NCBI GenBank assembly: GCA_025594325.1
Contig: JANHCV010000012.1
Coordinates: 1-64,000, forward strand
Direction of reading: 5' to 3'
Source of the DNA: Blastocladiella emersonii ATCC 22665
Taxonomy: Eukaryota > Fungi > Blastocladiomycota
DNA: 64,000 nucleotides
Shown here: one piece after another, positions 11,601-26,600 of the stretch
Position numbering within the stretch: the stretch's first letter is position 1
Layout of the letters: each line of letters starts with the position of its first letter
The notes under the pieces: generated by a model
Told to the model about the DNA's origin: nothing
The model's database searches: none
Seen by the model: only the letters and a program-made list of their open reading frames with translations
Translations under genes and position numbers: made by a program

Positions 11601-14600
11601 TTGTTTACTATGTTTCCATGGTCAGTTTTATTGTTGCTTTGAATTTACGATTTATGGGTCCTGAACAAGCTGGACATGTGAATAGTCAAAGACTTGACTA
11701 TGGTTTTGTTTGAGTGCCATGACAATTACCTACGTGGCTTGTATACTCTATTTCCATGGTCAGATATTTGTTGGTTCGATATTACGATTTATGGGTCCTC
11801 AACCAGCTTGACATGCGGGAAAGCAAAGATTAGAATATGGTTTTGATTAAGTACCATGACAATCATCTGCGTGGCTGGTTTACTATATTTCCATGGTCAG
11901 ATATTTTGTTGGTTCGATACTGTGATGTATGGGTCCCTGGCCAGCTGGACACACGGTAAAGCAAAGACTTGAAGATGGTTTTGTTTGAGTACCATAACAG
12001 TCATGTACGAGGTTGGTTTACTATCTTTCTGTTGTCAAATATTTAGTTGCCGTGATACTGTGATTTATGGGTCCCTGGCTAGCAGGACAAGCGGGTAGTC
12101 AAAGATTTGAATATGGTTTTGTTCGACTACCATGACAATTGTCTCCGTGGCTGGTTTGGTACGTCCCTATCATTGGTAAATTCATTGCGTGCATATTGTG
12201 ATTCGTGGAGGGTCAATGTTGCTGCTACCTTGCCCGCATGCGCGCTGCGTCCGCCGACCCACCTAGGCCAGACAGGAAGGAAAGGGGACCCCAAGAGCCC
12301 CACGACACCACTGTAGCTCCACTACCACCACAGCACCCACCAACACCACCTACAAACAAACACGACCCGCCAAGGCGCACGCAGCGACACCCGCAGCCAT
12401 GCATGCCATGGCGTTGGTGGATGGTGGCCAACCAATCCTCATCACACACGACACGTATGAAGGTCTGCCTGCATCCACCCATCCATTCATTCAACACACG
12501 CTCCCTCACGCACCCTTTCACTTGTGTTGCTTGACAGCCAGCTAGCCAGGTCCGGCTGCTGCTACCTATCCATTCTGCCTGCCTCCCACGCCCGCCGCGT
12601 CCTGAGCCAGGCAGGGCTGTGCTGCGATACACGGCCGCGGCCAGTCCACGGTAATGGTACCCATGCAGTACGTTCCATGGCCGCCCGGCCACCCTAGCTT
12701 GGTGCTTGTGTGTCCCCTTGGTCACCTTGGTCACCTTGGTCACCTTGGTCACCTTGGTCACTTGGTCACTTGGTCTCTTGGTCTCTTGGCGCTTGTGATG
12801 GAGGTCTATCTAACCCAGGCACGCACGGACACAGGCCCGCACGCCCACACGCACTCCCGCCAGGAGCATGTGGTGTGTGGGTCATCATCCACCATTCAGT
12901 TTGTAGTCCCTAGCACCCCTTGGCCCCAGCACTGTCTCCTTCCTGCAGGAGGAGCCCTGCCGCCTCAGCCCTCCGCAGCCAGCCCTCTGCAGCCCAGTGA
13001 AGCAGTACGGCTGCTACGCTGTTTGCAAGGTACGGTGGCCAGGGCGACGCAGGTGCTGTGGTGTTGCTTGCCACTTGGCTGGCGACAGGGGCTGGCGCAC
13101 CCATTGCAAGGCGTTCTGACGGACCCCGCGGCCATGAAAGCATGGGGGCAGCACTGGACACGAGTCTATCAATCAACGGCACTGGGAGGGCAGGCAGGCG
13201 CACCCGTTGGAGCGAGCCGACCTGGATGATAAATCATTGTTGAGTTGAGGACGCCTTGCATGCCTGCCGTTCATGCGAGCGTGTGTGACACCAGGGTGGC
13301 CGTTTGCGCCGTGTGCGCACGGCGTGGAGCGCCAGGCGCTGTGCGCTGTGCGCGCTGCACGGTGCGTGGTGTACATCCGTCAGCGGGTGAGTGGTTTCAC
13401 GCGGATAGACAGAGGAGCTGCTCGGAACCCTCGTTGGCCCATCATCATGCAGGGCTTGGAGTGGACAGCAGAGCTGGCAGCCTGGAGGAGACCAGTCGTA
13501 TATTGACAAACCGAACCCCTCTCAGACTACATACGAGATAGATAATATCTACTGGGTGGGCGCTGTCAGTCAGGCTGTCAGTGTGGCAGGCTGCCAGGCT
13601 GCCAGGCTGCCAGGGCTCATCATTCATTCCTTTGTTGGCTGGGACGGCAACCAGAGAGCGCGGGCCCACAAAGACTTGCGAGGCGGTGTGGGTGTTCGGA
13701 TAGCAGGTAGGCAAGTTGGCAGGTTGGCAGGTTGGCAGGCTGGCAGGTTGGCCGTTTACTTAGTTGATTGGACCGTGTACTTTGACGACGGGCTCCATAC
13801 TTAGGGGATCGAAGAGTTGGCTAGTGGAGTGTGCACAAAGCGGTAGATTTGAATATCTGGCGCTTTGGTTCCTTGCCCACCTGGACGTGAGGGTATACGA
13901 AGATTTGATTGAGTATAGTTATGTTTGAGTACCATGACAATTATCAGCGTGGCGGGATTGATACATCCCGCTTGTCGGAAATTTTGTTGGTTCAATACTG
14001 TGATTTATCGGCCCTTGCCCACCTGGACATGGGGCACTCGAAGATTTGAGTATGGTTTCGTTTGAGTGCCATGACAATTATCTGCGTGGCTGGTTTACGA
14101 CATTTCTTTGGTCAGATATTGTGTTGCTGTGATACTGTGATTTATGGGTCCCTGGCTAGCTGGACAAGCGGGAAGTGAAAGATTTGAATATGGTTTTGTT
14201 TGAGTATCAAGACCATTACCTGCGTGGTCGGTTATGTAGACTCCTATGGTCAGATATTTTGTTGGTTTGATACTGTGATTTATGGGTCTCCAACCTGCTG
14301 GACATCTGGGAAGTCATAGATTTGAGTATGGTTTTGTTTGAGTACCATGACAATTATCTCCGCAGCTTGTTTACTATGTTTCCATGGTCAGTTTTATTGT
14401 TGCTTTGAATTTACGATTTATGGGTCCTGAACAAGCTGGACATGTGAATAGTCAAAGACTTGACTATGGTTTTGTTTGAGTGCCATGACAATTACCTACG
14501 TGGCTTGTATACTCTATTTCCATGGTCAGATATTTGTTGGTTCGATATTACGATTTATGGGTCCTCAACCAGCTTGACATGCGGGAAAGCAAAGATTAGA

Positions 14601-17600
14601 ATATGGTTTTGATTAAGTACCATGACAATCATCTGCGTGGCTGGTTTACTATATTTCCATGGTCAGATATTTTGTTGGTTCGATACTGTGATGTATGGGT
14701 CCCTGGCCAGCTGGACACACGGTAAAGCAAAGACTTGAAGATGGTTTTGTTTGAGTACCATAACAATCATGTACGAGGTTGGTTTACTATCTTTCTGTTG
14801 TCAAATATTTAGTTGCCGTGATACTGTGATTTATGGGTCCCTGGCTAGCAGGACAAGCGGGTAGTCAAAGATTTGAATATGGTTTTGTTCGACTACCATG
14901 ACAATTGTCTCCGTGGCTGGTTTGGTACGTCCCTATCATTGGTAAATTCATTGCGTGCATATTGTGATTCGTGGAGGGTCAATGTTGCTGCTACCTTGCC
15001 CGCATGCGCGCTGCGTCCGCCGACCCACCTAGGCCAGACAGGAAGGAAAGGGGACCCCAAGAGCCCCACGACACCACTGTAGCTCCACTACCACCACAGC
15101 ACCCACCAACACCACCTACAAACAAACACGACCCGCCAAGGCGCACGCAGCGACACCCGCAGCCATGCATGCCATGGCGTTGGTGGATGGTGGCCAACCA
15201 ATCCTCATCACACACGACACGTATGAAGGTCTGCCTGCATCCACCCATCCATTCATTCAACACACGCTCCCTCACGCACCCTTTCACTTGTGTTGCTTGA
15301 CAGCCAGCTAGCCAGGTCCGGCTGCTGCTACCTATCCATTCTGCCTGCCTCCCACGCCCGCCGCGTCCTGAGCCAGGCAGGGCTGTGCTGCGATACACGG
15401 CCGCGGCCAGTCCACGGTAATGGTACCCATGCAGTACGTTCCATGGCCGCCCGGCCACCCTAGCTTGGTGCTTGTGTGTCCCCTTGGTCACCTTGGTCAC
15501 CTTGGTCACCTTGGTCACCTTGGTCACTTGGTCACTTGGTCTCTTGGTCTCTTGGCGCTTGTGATGGAGGTCTATCTAACCCAGGCACGCACGGACACAG
15601 GCCCGCACGCCCACACGCACTCCCGCCAGGAGCATGTGGTGTGTGGGTCATCATCCACCATTCAGTTTGTAGTCCCTAGCACCCCTTGGCCCCAGCACTG
15701 TCTCCTTCCTGCAGGAGGAGCCCTGCCGCCTCAGCCCTCCGCAGCCAGCCCTCTGCAGCCCAGTGAAGCAGTACGGCTGCTACGCTGTTTGCAAGGTACG
15801 GTGGCCAGGGCGACGCAGGTGCTGTGGTGTTGCTTGCCACTTGGCTGGCGACAGGGGCTGGCGCACCCATTGCAAGGCGTTCTGACGGACCCCGCGGCCA
15901 TGAAAGCATGGGGGCAGCACTGGACACGAGTCTATCAATCAACGGCACTGGGAGGGCAGGCAGGCGCACCCGTTGGAGCGAGCCGACCTGGATGATAAAT
16001 CATTGTTGAGTTGAGGACGCCTTGCATGCCTGCCGTTCATGCGAGCGTGTGTGACACCAGGGTGGCCGTTTGCGCCGTGTGCGCACGGCGTGGAGCGCCA
16101 GGCGCTGTGCGCTGTGCGCGCTGCACGGTGCGTGGTGTACATCCGTCAGCGGGTGAGTGGTTTCACGCGGATAGACAGAGGAGCTGCTCGGAACCCTCGT
16201 TGGCCCATCATCATGCAGGGCTTGGAGTGGACAGCAGAGCTGGCAGCCTGGAGGAGACCAGTCGTATATTGACAAACCGAACCCCTCTCAGACTACATAC
16301 GAGATAGATAATATCTACTGGGTGGGCGCTGTCAGTCAGGCTGTCAGTGTGGCAGGCTGCCAGGCTGCCAGGCTGCCAGGGCTCATCATTCATTCCTTTG
16401 TTGGCTGGGACGGCAACCAGAGAGCGCGGGCCCACAAAGACTTGCGAGGCGGTGTGGGTGTTCGGATAGCAGGTAGGCAAGTTGGCAGGTTGGCAGGTTG
16501 GCAGGCTGGCAGGTTGGCCGTTTACTTAGTTGATTGGACCGTGTACTTTGACGACGGGCTCCATACTTAGGGGATCGAAGAGTTGGCTAGTGGAGTGTGC
16601 ACAAAGCGGTAGATTTGAATATCTGGCGCTTTGGTTCCTTGCCCACCTGGACGTGAGGGTATACGAAGATTTGATTGAGTATAGTTATGTTTGAGTACCA
16701 TGACAATTATCAGCGTGGCGGGATTGATACATCCCGCTTGTCGGAAATTTTGTTGGTTCAATACTGTGATTTATCGGCCCTTGCCCACCTGGACATGGGG
16801 CACTCGAAGATTTGAGTATGGTTTCGTTTGAGTGCCATGACAATTATCTGCGTGGCTGGTTTACGACATTTCTTTGGTCAGATATTGTGTTGCTGTGATA
16901 CTGTGATTTATGGGTCCCTGGCTAGCTGGACAAGCGGGAAGTGAAAGATTTGAATATGGTTTTGTTTGAGTATCAAGACCATTACCTGCGTGGTCGGTTA
17001 TGTAGACTCCTATGGTCAGATATTTTGTTGGTTTGATACTGTGATTTATGGGTCTCCAACCTGCTGGACATCTGGGAAGTCATAGATTTGAGTATGGTTT
17101 TGTTTGAGTACCATGACAATTATCTCCGCAGCTTGTTTACTATGTTTCCATGGTCAGTTTTATTGTTGCTTTGAATTTACGATTTATGGGTCCTGAACAA
17201 GCTGGACATGTGAATAGTCAAAGACTTGACTATGGTTTTGTTTGAGTGCCATGACAATTACCTACGTGGCTTGTATACTCTATTTCCATGGTCAGATATT
17301 TGTTGGTTCGATATTACGATTTATGGGTCCTCAACCAGCTTGACATGCGGGAAAGCAAAGATTAGAATATGGTTTTGATTAAGTACCATGACAATCATCT
17401 GCGTGGCTGGTTTACTATATTTCCATGGTCAGATATTTTGTTGGTTCGATACTGTGATGTATGGGTCCCTGGCCAGCTGGACACACGGTAAAGCAAAGAC
17501 TTGAAGATGGTTTTGTTTGAGTACCATAACAATCATGTACGAGGTTGGTTTACTATCTTTCTGTTGTCAAATATTTAGTTGCCGTGATACTGTGATTTAT

Positions 17601-20600
17601 GGGTCCCTGGCTAGCAGGACAAGCGGGTAGTCAAAGATTTGAATATGGTTTTGTTCGACTACCATGACAATTGTCTCCGTGGCTGGTTTGGTACGTCCCT
17701 ATCATTGGTAAATTCATTGCGTGCATATTGTGATTCGTGGAGGGTCAATGTTGCTGCTACCTTGCCCGCATGCGCGCTGCGTCCGCCGACCCACCTAGGC
17801 CAGACAGGAAGGAAAGGGGACCCCAAGAGCCCCACGACACCACTGTAGCTCCACTACCACCACAGCACCCACCAACACCACCTACAAACAAACACGACCC
17901 GCCAAGGCGCACGCAGCGACACCCGCAGCCATGCATGCCATGGCGTTGGTGGATGGTGGCCAACCAATCCTCATCACACACGACACGTATGAAGGTCTGC
18001 CTGCATCCACCCATCCATTCATTCAACACACGCTCCCTCACGCACCCTTTCACTTGTGTTGCTTGACAGCCAGCTAGCCAGGTCCGGCTGCTGCTACCTA
18101 TCCATTCTGCCTGCCTCCCACGCCCGCCGCGTCCTGAGCCAGGCAGGGCTGTGCTGCGATACACGGCCGCGGCCAGTCCACGGTAATGGTACCCATGCAG
18201 TACGTTCCATGGCCGCCCGGCCACCCTAGCTTGGTGCTTGTGTGTCCCCTTGGTCACCTTGGTCACCTTGGTCACCTTGGTCACCTTGGTCACTTGGTCA
18301 CTTGGTCTCTTGGTCTCTTGGCGCTTGTGATGGAGGTCTATCTAACCCAGGCACGCACGGACACAGGCCCGCACGCCCACACGCACTCCCGCCAGGAGCA
18401 TGTGGTGTGTGGGTCATCATCCACCATTCAGTTTGTAGTCCCTAGCACCCCTTGGCCCCAGCACTGTCTCCTTCCTGCAGGAGGAGCCCTGCCGCCTCAG
18501 CCCTCCGCAGCCAGCCCTCTGCAGCCCAGTGAAGCAGTACGGCTGCTACGCTGTTTGCAAGGTACGGTGGCCAGGGCGACGCAGGTGCTGTGGTGTTGCT
18601 TGCCACTTGGCTGGCGACAGGGGCTGGCGCACCCATTGCAAGGCGTTCTGACGGACCCCGCGGCCATGAAAGCATGGGGGCAGCACTGGACACGAGTCTA
18701 TCAATCAACGGCACTGGGAGGGCAGGCAGGCGCACCCGTTGGAGCGAGCCGACCTGGATGATAAATCATTGTTGAGTTGAGGACGCCTTGCATGCCTGCC
18801 GTTCATGCGAGCGTGTGTGACACCAGGGTGGCCGTTTGCGCCGTGTGCGCACGGCGTGGAGCGCCAGGCGCTGTGCGCTGTGCGCGCTGCACGGTGCGTG
18901 GTGTACATCCGTCAGCGGGTGAGTGGTTTCACGCGGATAGACAGAGGAGCTGCTCGGAACCCTCGTTGGCCCATCATCATGCAGGGCTTGGAGTGGACAG
19001 CAGAGCTGGCAGCCTGGAGGAGACCAGTCGTATATTGACAAACCGAACCCCTCTCAGACTACATACGAGATAGATAATATCTACTGGGTGGGCGCTGTCA
19101 GTCAGGCTGTCAGTGTGGCAGGCTGCCAGGCTGCCAGGCTGCCAGGGCTCATCATTCATTCCTTTGTTGGCTGGGACGGCAACCAGAGAGCGCGGGCCCA
19201 CAAAGACTTGCGAGGCGGTGTGGGTGTTCGGATAGCAGGTAGGCAAGTTGGCAGGTTGGCAGGTTGGCAGGCTGGCAGGTTGGCCGTTTACTTAGTTGAT
19301 TGGACCGTGTACTTTGACGACGGGCTCCATACTTAGGGGATCGAAGAGTTGGCTAGTGGAGTGTGCACAAAGCGGTAGATTTGAATATCTGGCGCTTTGG
19401 TTCCTTGCCCACCTGGACGTGAGGGTATACGAAGATTTGATTGAGTATAGTTATGTTTGAGTACCATGACAATTATCAGCGTGGCGGGATTGATACATCC
19501 CGCTTGTCGGAAATTTTGTTGGTTCAATACTGTGATTTATCGGCCCTTGCCCACCTGGACATGGGGCACTCGAAGATTTGAGTATGGTTTCGTTTGAGTG
19601 CCATGACAATTATCTGCGTGGCTGGTTTACGACATTTCTTTGGTCAGATATTGTGTTGCTGTGATACTGTGATTTATGGGTCCCTGGCTAGCTGGACAAG
19701 CGGGAAGTGAAAGATTTGAATATGGTTTTGTTTGAGTATCAAGACCATTACCTGCGTGGTCGGTTATGTAGACTCCTATGGTCAGATATTTTGTTGGTTT
19801 GATACTGTGATTTATGGGTCTCCAACCTGCTGGACATCTGGGAAGTCATAGATTTGAGTATGGTTTTGTTTGAGTACCATGACAATTATCTCCGCAGCTT
19901 GTTTACTATGTTTCCATGGTCAGTTTTATTGTTGCTTTGAATTTACGATTTATGGGTCCTGAACAAGCTGGACATGTGAATAGTCAAAGACTTGACTATG
20001 GTTTTGTTTGAGTGCCATGACAATTACCTACGTGGCTTGTATACTCTATTTCCATGGTCAGATATTTGTTGGTTCGATATTACGATTTATGGGTCCTCAA
20101 CCAGCTTGACATGCGGGAAAGCAAAGATTAGAATATGGTTTTGATTAAGTACCATGACAATCATCTGCGTGGCTGGTTTACTATATTTCCATGGTCAGAT
20201 ATTTTGTTGGTTCGATACTGTGATGTATGGGTCCCTGGCCAGCTGGACACACGGTAAAGCAAAGACTTGAAGATGGTTTTGTTTGAGTACCATAACAATC
20301 ATGTACGAGGTTGGTTTACTATCTTTCTGTTGTCAAATATTTAGTTGCCGTGATACTGTGATTTATGGGTCCCTGGCTAGCAGGACAAGCGGGTAGTCAA
20401 AGATTTGAATATGGTTTTGTTCGACTACCATGACAATTGTCTCCGTGGCTGGTTTGGTACGTCCCTATCATTGGTAAATTCATTGCGTGCATATTGTGAT
20501 TCGTGGAGGGTCAATGTTGCTGCTACCTTGCCCGCATGCGCGCTGCGTCCGCCGACCCACCTAGGCCAGACAGGAAGGAAAGGGGACCCCAAGAGCCCCA

Positions 20601-23600
20601 CGACACCACTGTAGCTCCACTACCACCACAGCACCCACCAACACCACCTACAAACAAACACGACCCGCCAAGGCGCACGCAGCGACACCCGCAGCCATGC
20701 ATGCCATGGCGTTGGTGGATGGTGGCCAACCAATCCTCATCACACACGACACGTATGAAGGTCTGCCTGCATCCACCCATCCATTCATTCAACACACGCT
20801 CCCTCACGCACCCTTTCACTTGTGTTGCTTGACAGCCAGCTAGCCAGGTCCGGCTGCTGCTACCTATCCATTCTGCCTGCCTCCCACGCCCGCCGCGTCC
20901 TGAGCCAGGCAGGGCTGTGCTGCGATACACGGCCGCGGCCAGTCCACGGTAATGGTACCCATGCAGTACGTTCCATGGCCGCCCGGCCACCCTAGCTTGG
21001 TGCTTGTGTGTCCCCTTGGTCACCTTGGTCACCTTGGTCACCTTGGTCACCTTGGTCACTTGGTCACTTGGTCTCTTGGTCTCTTGGCGCTTGTGATGGA
21101 GGTCTATCTAACCCAGGCACGCACGGACACAGGCCCGCACGCCCACACGCACTCCCGCCAGGAGCATGTGGTGTGTGGGTCATCATCCACCATTCAGTTT
21201 GTAGTCCCTAGCACCCCTTGGCCCCAGCACTGTCTCCTTCCTGCAGGAGGAGCCCTGCCGCCTCAGCCCTCCGCAGCCAGCCCTCTGCAGCCCAGTGAAG
21301 CAGTACGGCTGCTACGCTGTTTGCAAGGTACGGTGGCCAGGGCGACGCAGGTGCTGTGGTGTTGCTTGCCACTTGGCTGGCGACAGGGGCTGGCGCACCC
21401 ATTGCAAGGCGTTCTGACGGACCCCGCGGCCATGAAAGCATGGGGGCAGCACTGGACACGAGTCTATCAATCAACGGCACTGGGAGGGCAGGCAGGCGCA
21501 CCCGTTGGAGCGAGCCGACCTGGATGATAAATCATTGTTGAGTTGAGGACGCCTTGCATGCCTGCCGTTCATGCGAGCGTGTGTGACACCAGGGTGGCCG
21601 TTTGCGCCGTGTGCGCACGGCGTGGAGCGCCAGGCGCTGTGCGCTGTGCGCGCTGCACGGTGCGTGGTGTACATCCGTCAGCGGGTGAGTGGTTTCACGC
21701 GGATAGACAGAGGAGCTGCTCGGAACCCTCGTTGGCCCATCATCATGCAGGGCTTGGAGTGGACAGCAGAGCTGGCAGCCTGGAGGAGACCAGTCGTATA
21801 TTGACAAACCGAACCCCTCTCAGACTACATACGAGATAGATAATATCTACTGGGTGGGCGCTGTCAGTCAGGCTGTCAGTGTGGCAGGCTGCCAGGCTGC
21901 CAGGCTGCCAGGGCTCATCATTCATTCCTTTGTTGGCTGGGACGGCAACCAGAGAGCGCGGGCCCACAAAGACTTGCGAGGCGGTGTGGGTGTTCGGATA
22001 GCAGGTAGGCAAGTTGGCAGGTTGGCAGGTTGGCAGGCTGGCAGGTTGGCCGTTTACTTAGTTGATTGGACCGTGTACTTTGACGACGGGCTCCATACTT
22101 AGGGGATCGAAGAGTTGGCTAGTGGAGTGTGCACAAAGCGGTAGATTTGAATATCTGGCGCTTTGGTTCCTTGCCCACCTGGACGTGAGGGTATACGAAG
22201 ATTTGATTGAGTATAGTTATGTTTGAGTACCATGACAATTATCAGCGTGGCGGGATTGATACATCCCGCTTGTCGGAAATTTTGTTGGTTCAATACTGTG
22301 ATTTATCGGCCCTTGCCCACCTGGACATGGGGCACTCGAAGATTTGAGTATGGTTTCGTTTGAGTGCCATGACAATTATCTGCGTGGCTGGTTTACGACA
22401 TTTCTTTGGTCAGATATTGTGTTGCTGTGATACTGTGATTTATGGGTCCCTGGCTAGCTGGACAAGCGGGAAGTGAAAGATTTGAATATGGTTTTGTTTG
22501 AGTATCAAGACCATTACCTGCGTGGTCGGTTATGTAGACTCCTATGGTCAGATATTTTGTTGGTTTGATACTGTGATTTATGGGTCTCCAACCTGCTGGA
22601 CATCTGGGAAGTCATAGATTTGAGTATGGTTTTGTTTGAGTACCATGACAATTATCTCCGCAGCTTGTTTACTATGTTTCCATGGTCAGTTTTATTGTTG
22701 CTTTGAATTTACGATTTATGGGTCCTGAACAAGCTGGACATGTGAATAGTCAAAGACTTGACTATGGTTTTGTTTGAGTGCCATGACAATTACCTACGTG
22801 GCTTGTATACTCTATTTCCATGGTCAGATATTTGTTGGTTCGATATTACGATTTATGGGTCCTCAACCAGCTTGACATGCGGGAAAGCAAAGATTAGAAT
22901 ATGGTTTTGATTAAGTACCATGACAATCATCTGCGTGGCTGGTTTACTATATTTCCATGGTCAGATATTTTGTTGGTTCGATACTGTGATGTATGGGTCC
23001 CTGGCCAGCTGGACACACGGTAAAGCAAAGACTTGAAGATGGTTTTGTTTGAGTACCATAACAATCATGTACGAGGTTGGTTTACTATCTTTCTGTTGTC
23101 AAATATTTAGTTGCCGTGATACTGTGATTTATGGGTCCCTGGCTAGCAGGACAAGCGGGTAGTCAAAGATTTGAATATGGTTTTGTTCGACTACCATGAC
23201 AATTGTCTCCGTGGCTGGTTTGGTACGTCCCTATCATTGGTAAATTCATTGCGTGCATATTGTGATTCGTGGAGGGTCAATGTTGCTGCTACCTTGCCCG
23301 CATGCGCGCTGCGTCCGCCGACCCACCTAGGCCAGACAGGAAGGAAAGGGGACCCCAAGAGCCCCACGACACCACTGTAGCTCCACTACCACCACAGCAC
23401 CCACCAACACCACCTACAAACAAACACGACCCGCCAAGGCGCACGCAGCGACACCCGCAGCCATGCATGCCATGGCGTTGGTGGATGGTGGCCAACCAAT
23501 CCTCATCACACACGACACGTATGAAGGTCTGCCTGCATCCACCCATCCATTCATTCAACACACGCTCCCTCACGCACCCTTTCACTTGTGTTGCTTGACA

Positions 23601-26600
23601 GCCAGCTAGCCAGGTCCGGCTGCTGCTACCTATCCATTCTGCCTGCCTCCCACGCCCGCCGCGTCCTGAGCCAGGCAGGGCTGTGCTGCGATACACGGCC
23701 GCGGCCAGTCCACGGTAATGGTACCCATGCAGTACGTTCCATGGCCGCCCGGCCACCCTAGCTTGGTGCTTGTGTGTCACCTTGGTCACCTTGGTCACCT
23801 TGGTCACCTTGGTCACCTTGGTCACTTGGTCACTTGGTCTCTTGGTCTCTTGGCGCTTGTGATGGAGGTCTATCTAACCCAGGCACGCACGGACACAGGC
23901 CCGCACGCCCACACGCACTCCCGCCAGGAGCATGTGGTGTGTGGGTCATCATCCACCATTCAGTTTGTAGTCCCTAGCACCCCTTGGCCCCAGCACTGTC
24001 TCCTTCCTGCAGGAGGAGCCCTGCCGCCTCAGCCCTCCGCAGCCAGCCCTCTGCAGCCCAGTGAAGCAGTACGGCTGCTACGCTGTTTGCAAGGTACGGT
24101 GGCCAGGGCGACGCAGGTGCTGTGGTGTTGCTTGCCACTTGGCTGGCGACAGGGGCTGGCGCACCCATTGCAAGGCGTTCTGACGGACCCCGCGGCCATG
24201 AAAGCATGGGGGCAGCACTGGACACGAGTCTATCAATCAACGGCACTGGGAGGGCAGGCAGGCGCACCCGTTGGAGCGAGCCGACCTGGATGATAAATCA
24301 TTGTTGAGTTGAGGACGCCTTGCATGCCTGCCGTTCATGCGAGCGTGTGTGACACCAGGGTGGCCGTTTGCGCCGTGTGCGCACGGCGTGGAGCGCCAGG
24401 CGCTGTGCGCTGTGCGCGCTGCACGGTGCGTGGTGTACATCCGTCAGCGGGTGAGTGGTTTCACGCGGATAGACAGAGGAGCTGCTCGGAACCCTCGTTG
24501 GCCCATCATCATGCAGGGCTTGGAGTGGACAGCAGAGCTGGCAGCCTGGAGGAGACCAGTCGTATATTGACAAACCGAACCCCTCTCAGACTACATACGA
24601 GATAGATAATATCTACTGGGTGGGCGCTGTCAGTCAGGCTGTCAGTGTGGCAGGCTGCCAGGCTGCCAGGCTGCCAGGGCTCATCATTCATTCCTTTGTT
24701 GGCTGGGACGGCAACCAGAGAGCGCGGGCCCACAAAGACTTGCGAGGCGGTGTGGGTGTTCGGATAGCAGGTAGGCAAGTTGGCAGGTTGGCAGGTTGGC
24801 AGGCTGGCAGGTTGGCCGTTTACTTAGTTGATTGGACCGTGTACTTTGACGACGGGCTCCATACTTAGGGGATCGAAGAGTTGGCTAGTGGAGTGTGCAC
24901 AAAGCGGTAGATTTGAATATCTGGCGCTTTGGTTCCTTGCCCACCTGGACGTGAGGGTATACGAAGATTTGATTGAGTATAGTTATGTTTGAGTACCATG
25001 ACAATTATCAGCGTGGCGGGATTGATACATCCCGCTTGTCGGAAATTTTGTTGGTTCAATACTGTGATTTATCGGCCCTTGCCCACCTGGACATGGGGCA
25101 CTCGAAGATTTGAGTATGGTTTCGTTTGAGTGCCATGACAATTATCTGCGTGGCTGGTTTACGACATTTCTTTGGTCAGATATTGTGTTGCTGTGATACT
25201 GTGATTTATGGGTCCCTGGCTAGCTGGACAAGCGGGAAGTGAAAGATTTGAATATGGTTTTGTTTGAGTATCAAGACCATTACCTGCGTGGTCGGTTATG
25301 TAGACTCCTATGGTCAGATATTTTGTTGGTTTGATACTGTGATTTATGGGTCTCCAACCTGCTGGACATCTGGGAAGTCATAGATTTGAGTATGGTTTTG
25401 TTTGAGTACCATGACAATTATCTCCGCAGCTTGTTTACTATGTTTCCATGGTCAGTTTTATTGTTGCTTTGAATTTACGATTTATGGGTCCTGAACAAGC
25501 TGGACATGTGAATAGTCAAAGACTTGACTATGGTTTTGTTTGAGTGCCATGACAATTACCTACGTGGCTTGTATACTCTATTTCCATGGTCAGATATTTG
25601 TTGGTTCGATATTACGATTTATGGGTCCTCAACCAGCTTGACATGCGGGAAAGCAAAGATTAGAATATGGTTTTGATTAAGTACCATGACAATCATCTGC
25701 GTGGCTGGTTTACTATATTTCCATGGTCAGATATTTTGTTGGTTCGATACTGTGATGTATGGGTCCCTGGCCAGCTGGACACACGGTAAAGCAAAGACTT
25801 GAAGATGGTTTTGTTTGAGTACCATAACAATCATGTACGAGGTTGGTTTACTATCTTTCTGTTGTCAAATATTTAGTTGCCGTGATACTGTGATTTATGG
25901 GTCCCTGGCTAGCAGGACAAGCGGGTAGTCAAAGATTTGAATATGGTTTTGTTCGACTACCATGACAATTGTCTCCGTGGCTGGTTTGGTACGTCCCTAT
26001 CATTGGTAAATTCATTGCGTGCATATTGTGATTCGTGGAGGGTCAATGTTGCTGCTACCTTGCCCGCATGCGCGCTGCGTCCGCCGACCCACCTAGGCCA
26101 GACAGGAAGGAAAGGGGACCCCAAGAGCCCCACGACACCACTGTAGCTCCACTACCACCACAGCACCCACCAACACCACCTACAAACAAACACGACCCGC
26201 CAAGGCGCACGCAGCGACACCCGCAGCCATGCATGCCATGGCGTTGGTGGATGGTGGCCAACCAATCCTCATCACACACGACACGTATGAAGGTCTGCCT
26301 GCATCCACCCATCCATTCATTCAACACACGCTCCCTCACGCACCCTTTCACTTGTGTTGCTTGACAGCCAGCTAGCCAGGTCCGGCTGCTGCTACCTATC
26401 CATTCTGCCTGCCTCCCACGCCCGCCGCGTCCTGAGCCAGGCAGGGCTGTGCTGCGATACACGGCCGCGGCCAGTCCACGGTAATGGTACCCATGCAGTA
26501 CGTTCCATGGCCGCCCGGCCACCCTAGCTTGGTGCTTGTGTGTCCCCTTGGTCACCTTGGTCACCTTGGTCACCTTGGTCACCTTGGTCACTTGGTCACT

